This document shows, piece after piece, positions 62,181-64,000 of a DNA stretch of 64,000 bases. The stretch is from Felis catus. Taxonomy: Eukaryota. The notes below the pieces were generated by a model. It was not told the origin of the DNA. It saw only the letters and a program-made list of their open reading frames with translations, and ran no database searches. A program made the position numbers and the translations under genes. The stretch's first letter is position 1. The number at the start of each line of letters is the position of its first letter. The stretch is from NCBI RefSeq assembly GCF_018350175.1, contig NC_058368.1, positions 137,952,001 through 138,016,000 of the forward strand, written 5' to 3'.

Positions 62181-63474
62181 TTCACTTATGAACAAAAATG
62201 TTAAATCTGTAATTAATAAGGAAAATATTTCAGGCACACATTGTAGGGATGATGTAAGTCTCCCAAGTAAGTCTCTACGCAGGTAGGAATGTTCCCCACT
62301 GATGACTTGGAGACTTCCCACTTTATGCATGTAGGTTGCCATCTAAAGAAAAGGTAACAGTGATTAGTTTGTAAAATGTGTAAGTAACATTGTTCCTTCT
62401 CTCCACCAACCTTCTGTATCAGTATCAAAAAAAAAAAAAAAAAAAAAAAAAGAGTGAAAGATCCAAGGGCTTCATCAAAACACCCTTAAGTGGGAAACTG
62501 CTTCTTAGAGTTGAGATAAGGATGAAGGGTACATTTAATGAAAGTTCCCAGGGCTCATTGCCTTATATAATGTCATGGTATGATGCTTCCCATGAGTGCA
62601 TAGGAAGTGCATATTACTCTTACTTTGAAAGTGGAGAAATTGAAGTCACTAACAGGGAAACTCTGATACGGATTCAGATCACCAAGCTCCTGATGCAGTT
62701 TGATTGGCAGATGTTTTCTGGTTTTGTTACAAATAAATCTATTGCCTAAGTCAGTGAGTTTCTACTAAAGATACTCTAATGGTCACTGCAGTTTTTTTTT
62801 TTTTTCTTTTTCCTCTATGTAATAACAGATGTGGTGATTTCTAAATCATTAAAAGATGAACACATCGAGCTTTTGTAAAGAATCCTGGAGAACTGGTTGT
62901 CCCTGTAAATATAACATTGTCTCTTGCATTGCTATAAGCAGACCATGTGATCAGTGATGGATATTCTTAGAAAATAGGATATGGACGTCATTTGATAGTC
63001 AGAGGAACACTAATTTAATGTTCAGCTCAACCAATATAAACTGTTATGTCAACAGTCCAAATAGTAACATAGACTAGTTTATCTCTGGATTTCTTTCTTA
63101 ACAATGTAGGAGATAAGGGTATGAATCTCCTCGATCCATCCTGGAAAAACAGGAGAACAATATTTAAAATCTGAGTCAGCCCCTTAAATAGTAGCTGACA
63201 TAAGGTTGGATGGGTAAGACAAGTTGTGAGAGTACAGGGGCCATATCTGCCTTACATACAGGGTTTGGCATACAGTAAGTGCTAAGTGTTTGCTGTTTGA
63301 AGGCTGAATTCTGAGGAGGCAAATGTCAGACCTGAGATAAGTGTGAGCAGGGATGCTAGGGAGGGAGGTGGCTTGCTCTCTTGGGACTAAACAAGAAATT
63401 AAGTCCTTGGTCTCCGGGGAACTAAACAAAAATGGAAGAAGCTTCAAGGACAGAAGGTTTTAAAACCCCAGAGT

Positions 63475-64000
63475 TATTTTATTTTGAAATCATTTTAGAC
63501 TTACAGAAAAGTTCTAAGAATAGTGCAGCTTCTCTGAGCTTCCCCAGTGTTAACTTCTGTTGCTAACCACAGTACAAGTACCAAAACAAGGAAATTAACA
63601 TTGGTGCCATGCTATTAACTAAAATACACCGGTTTCTCCAGTTTTGTTCCTGATGTCCTTTTTCTGTCCTCGGATCCAACCCAGAATCCTACATTGCGTA
63701 TAGTTGTTGTGTCTAATATCCTCCAGTCTGTGATGGTTCCTGAGTCTTGTCTTTCATGACCTTGAAACTTTTGATGAATACTGGTCAGTTATTTTGTAGA
63801 ATGTGTCTCCATTTGGGGTTGTCTGGTGTTTTCTCATGATTAGATTAGGCTGCATGTTTTGGGCGAGAATATCAGAGAAGTGATACTGTGTTTCTCTTGG
63901 AGTGTCACATCAAGTCCACACGATGTCCATATGCCCTATTACTGCTAACATTGCTTTGATCCCTTAATTAAGGCATTCTAGGCCAGGTTTCTCCACCATT
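63475..64000 (-). mobile_element. Old L1 (L1M-type) 3'UTR fragment
   Basis: ttttgaaatcattttagacttacagaaaagtt...caggatcc-like motif...tttgggcgagaatatcagagaagtgat. Confidence 0.7.

Noticed and set aside
1..64000. CRISPR arrays, operons or other prokaryotic systems
   Set aside because: The sequence is mammalian intron-exon DNA; the repeats are SINEs and microsatellites, not repeat-spacer arrays.

Overview
Mammalian nuclear DNA, very likely felid, judged from about 40 carnivore tRNA-derived CAN-SINEs, several of them near-identical young feline-type copies with target-site duplications (TSDs). It covers the BTF3 - ANKRA2 - UTP15 block. BTF3 contributes its last two coding exons (+, 915-1524). 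ANKRA2 is complete (-, 8 coding exons, 25358-34285, splicing to 313 aa). UTP15 is complete (+, 12 coding exons, 40387-51953, splicing to 518 aa). ANKRA2 and UTP15 sit head-to-head on a shared CpG-island promoter (~36.5-37.3 kb). The rest is SINE, L1, MIR/L2, LTR and DNA-transposon remnants. The main unexpected signal lies in the BTF3-ANKRA2 interval. It is a set of minus-strand exon-like segments (~8.16-13.85 kb) that assemble into a decayed, intron-containing gene resembling LDLRAD1: short N-terminus, one TM helix, then LDL-receptor class A repeats. It carries frameshifts, so it is probably an unprocessed (possibly unitary) pseudogene. Other items are uORFs at both start codons of the bidirectional pair, an ETS-CRE composite promoter motif, two convergent CTCF-like motifs, inverted SINE pairs around exons, and a SINE with a transduction-like 3' tag. 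Repeat boundaries are approximate, and gene and family names come from recognition, not database searches.
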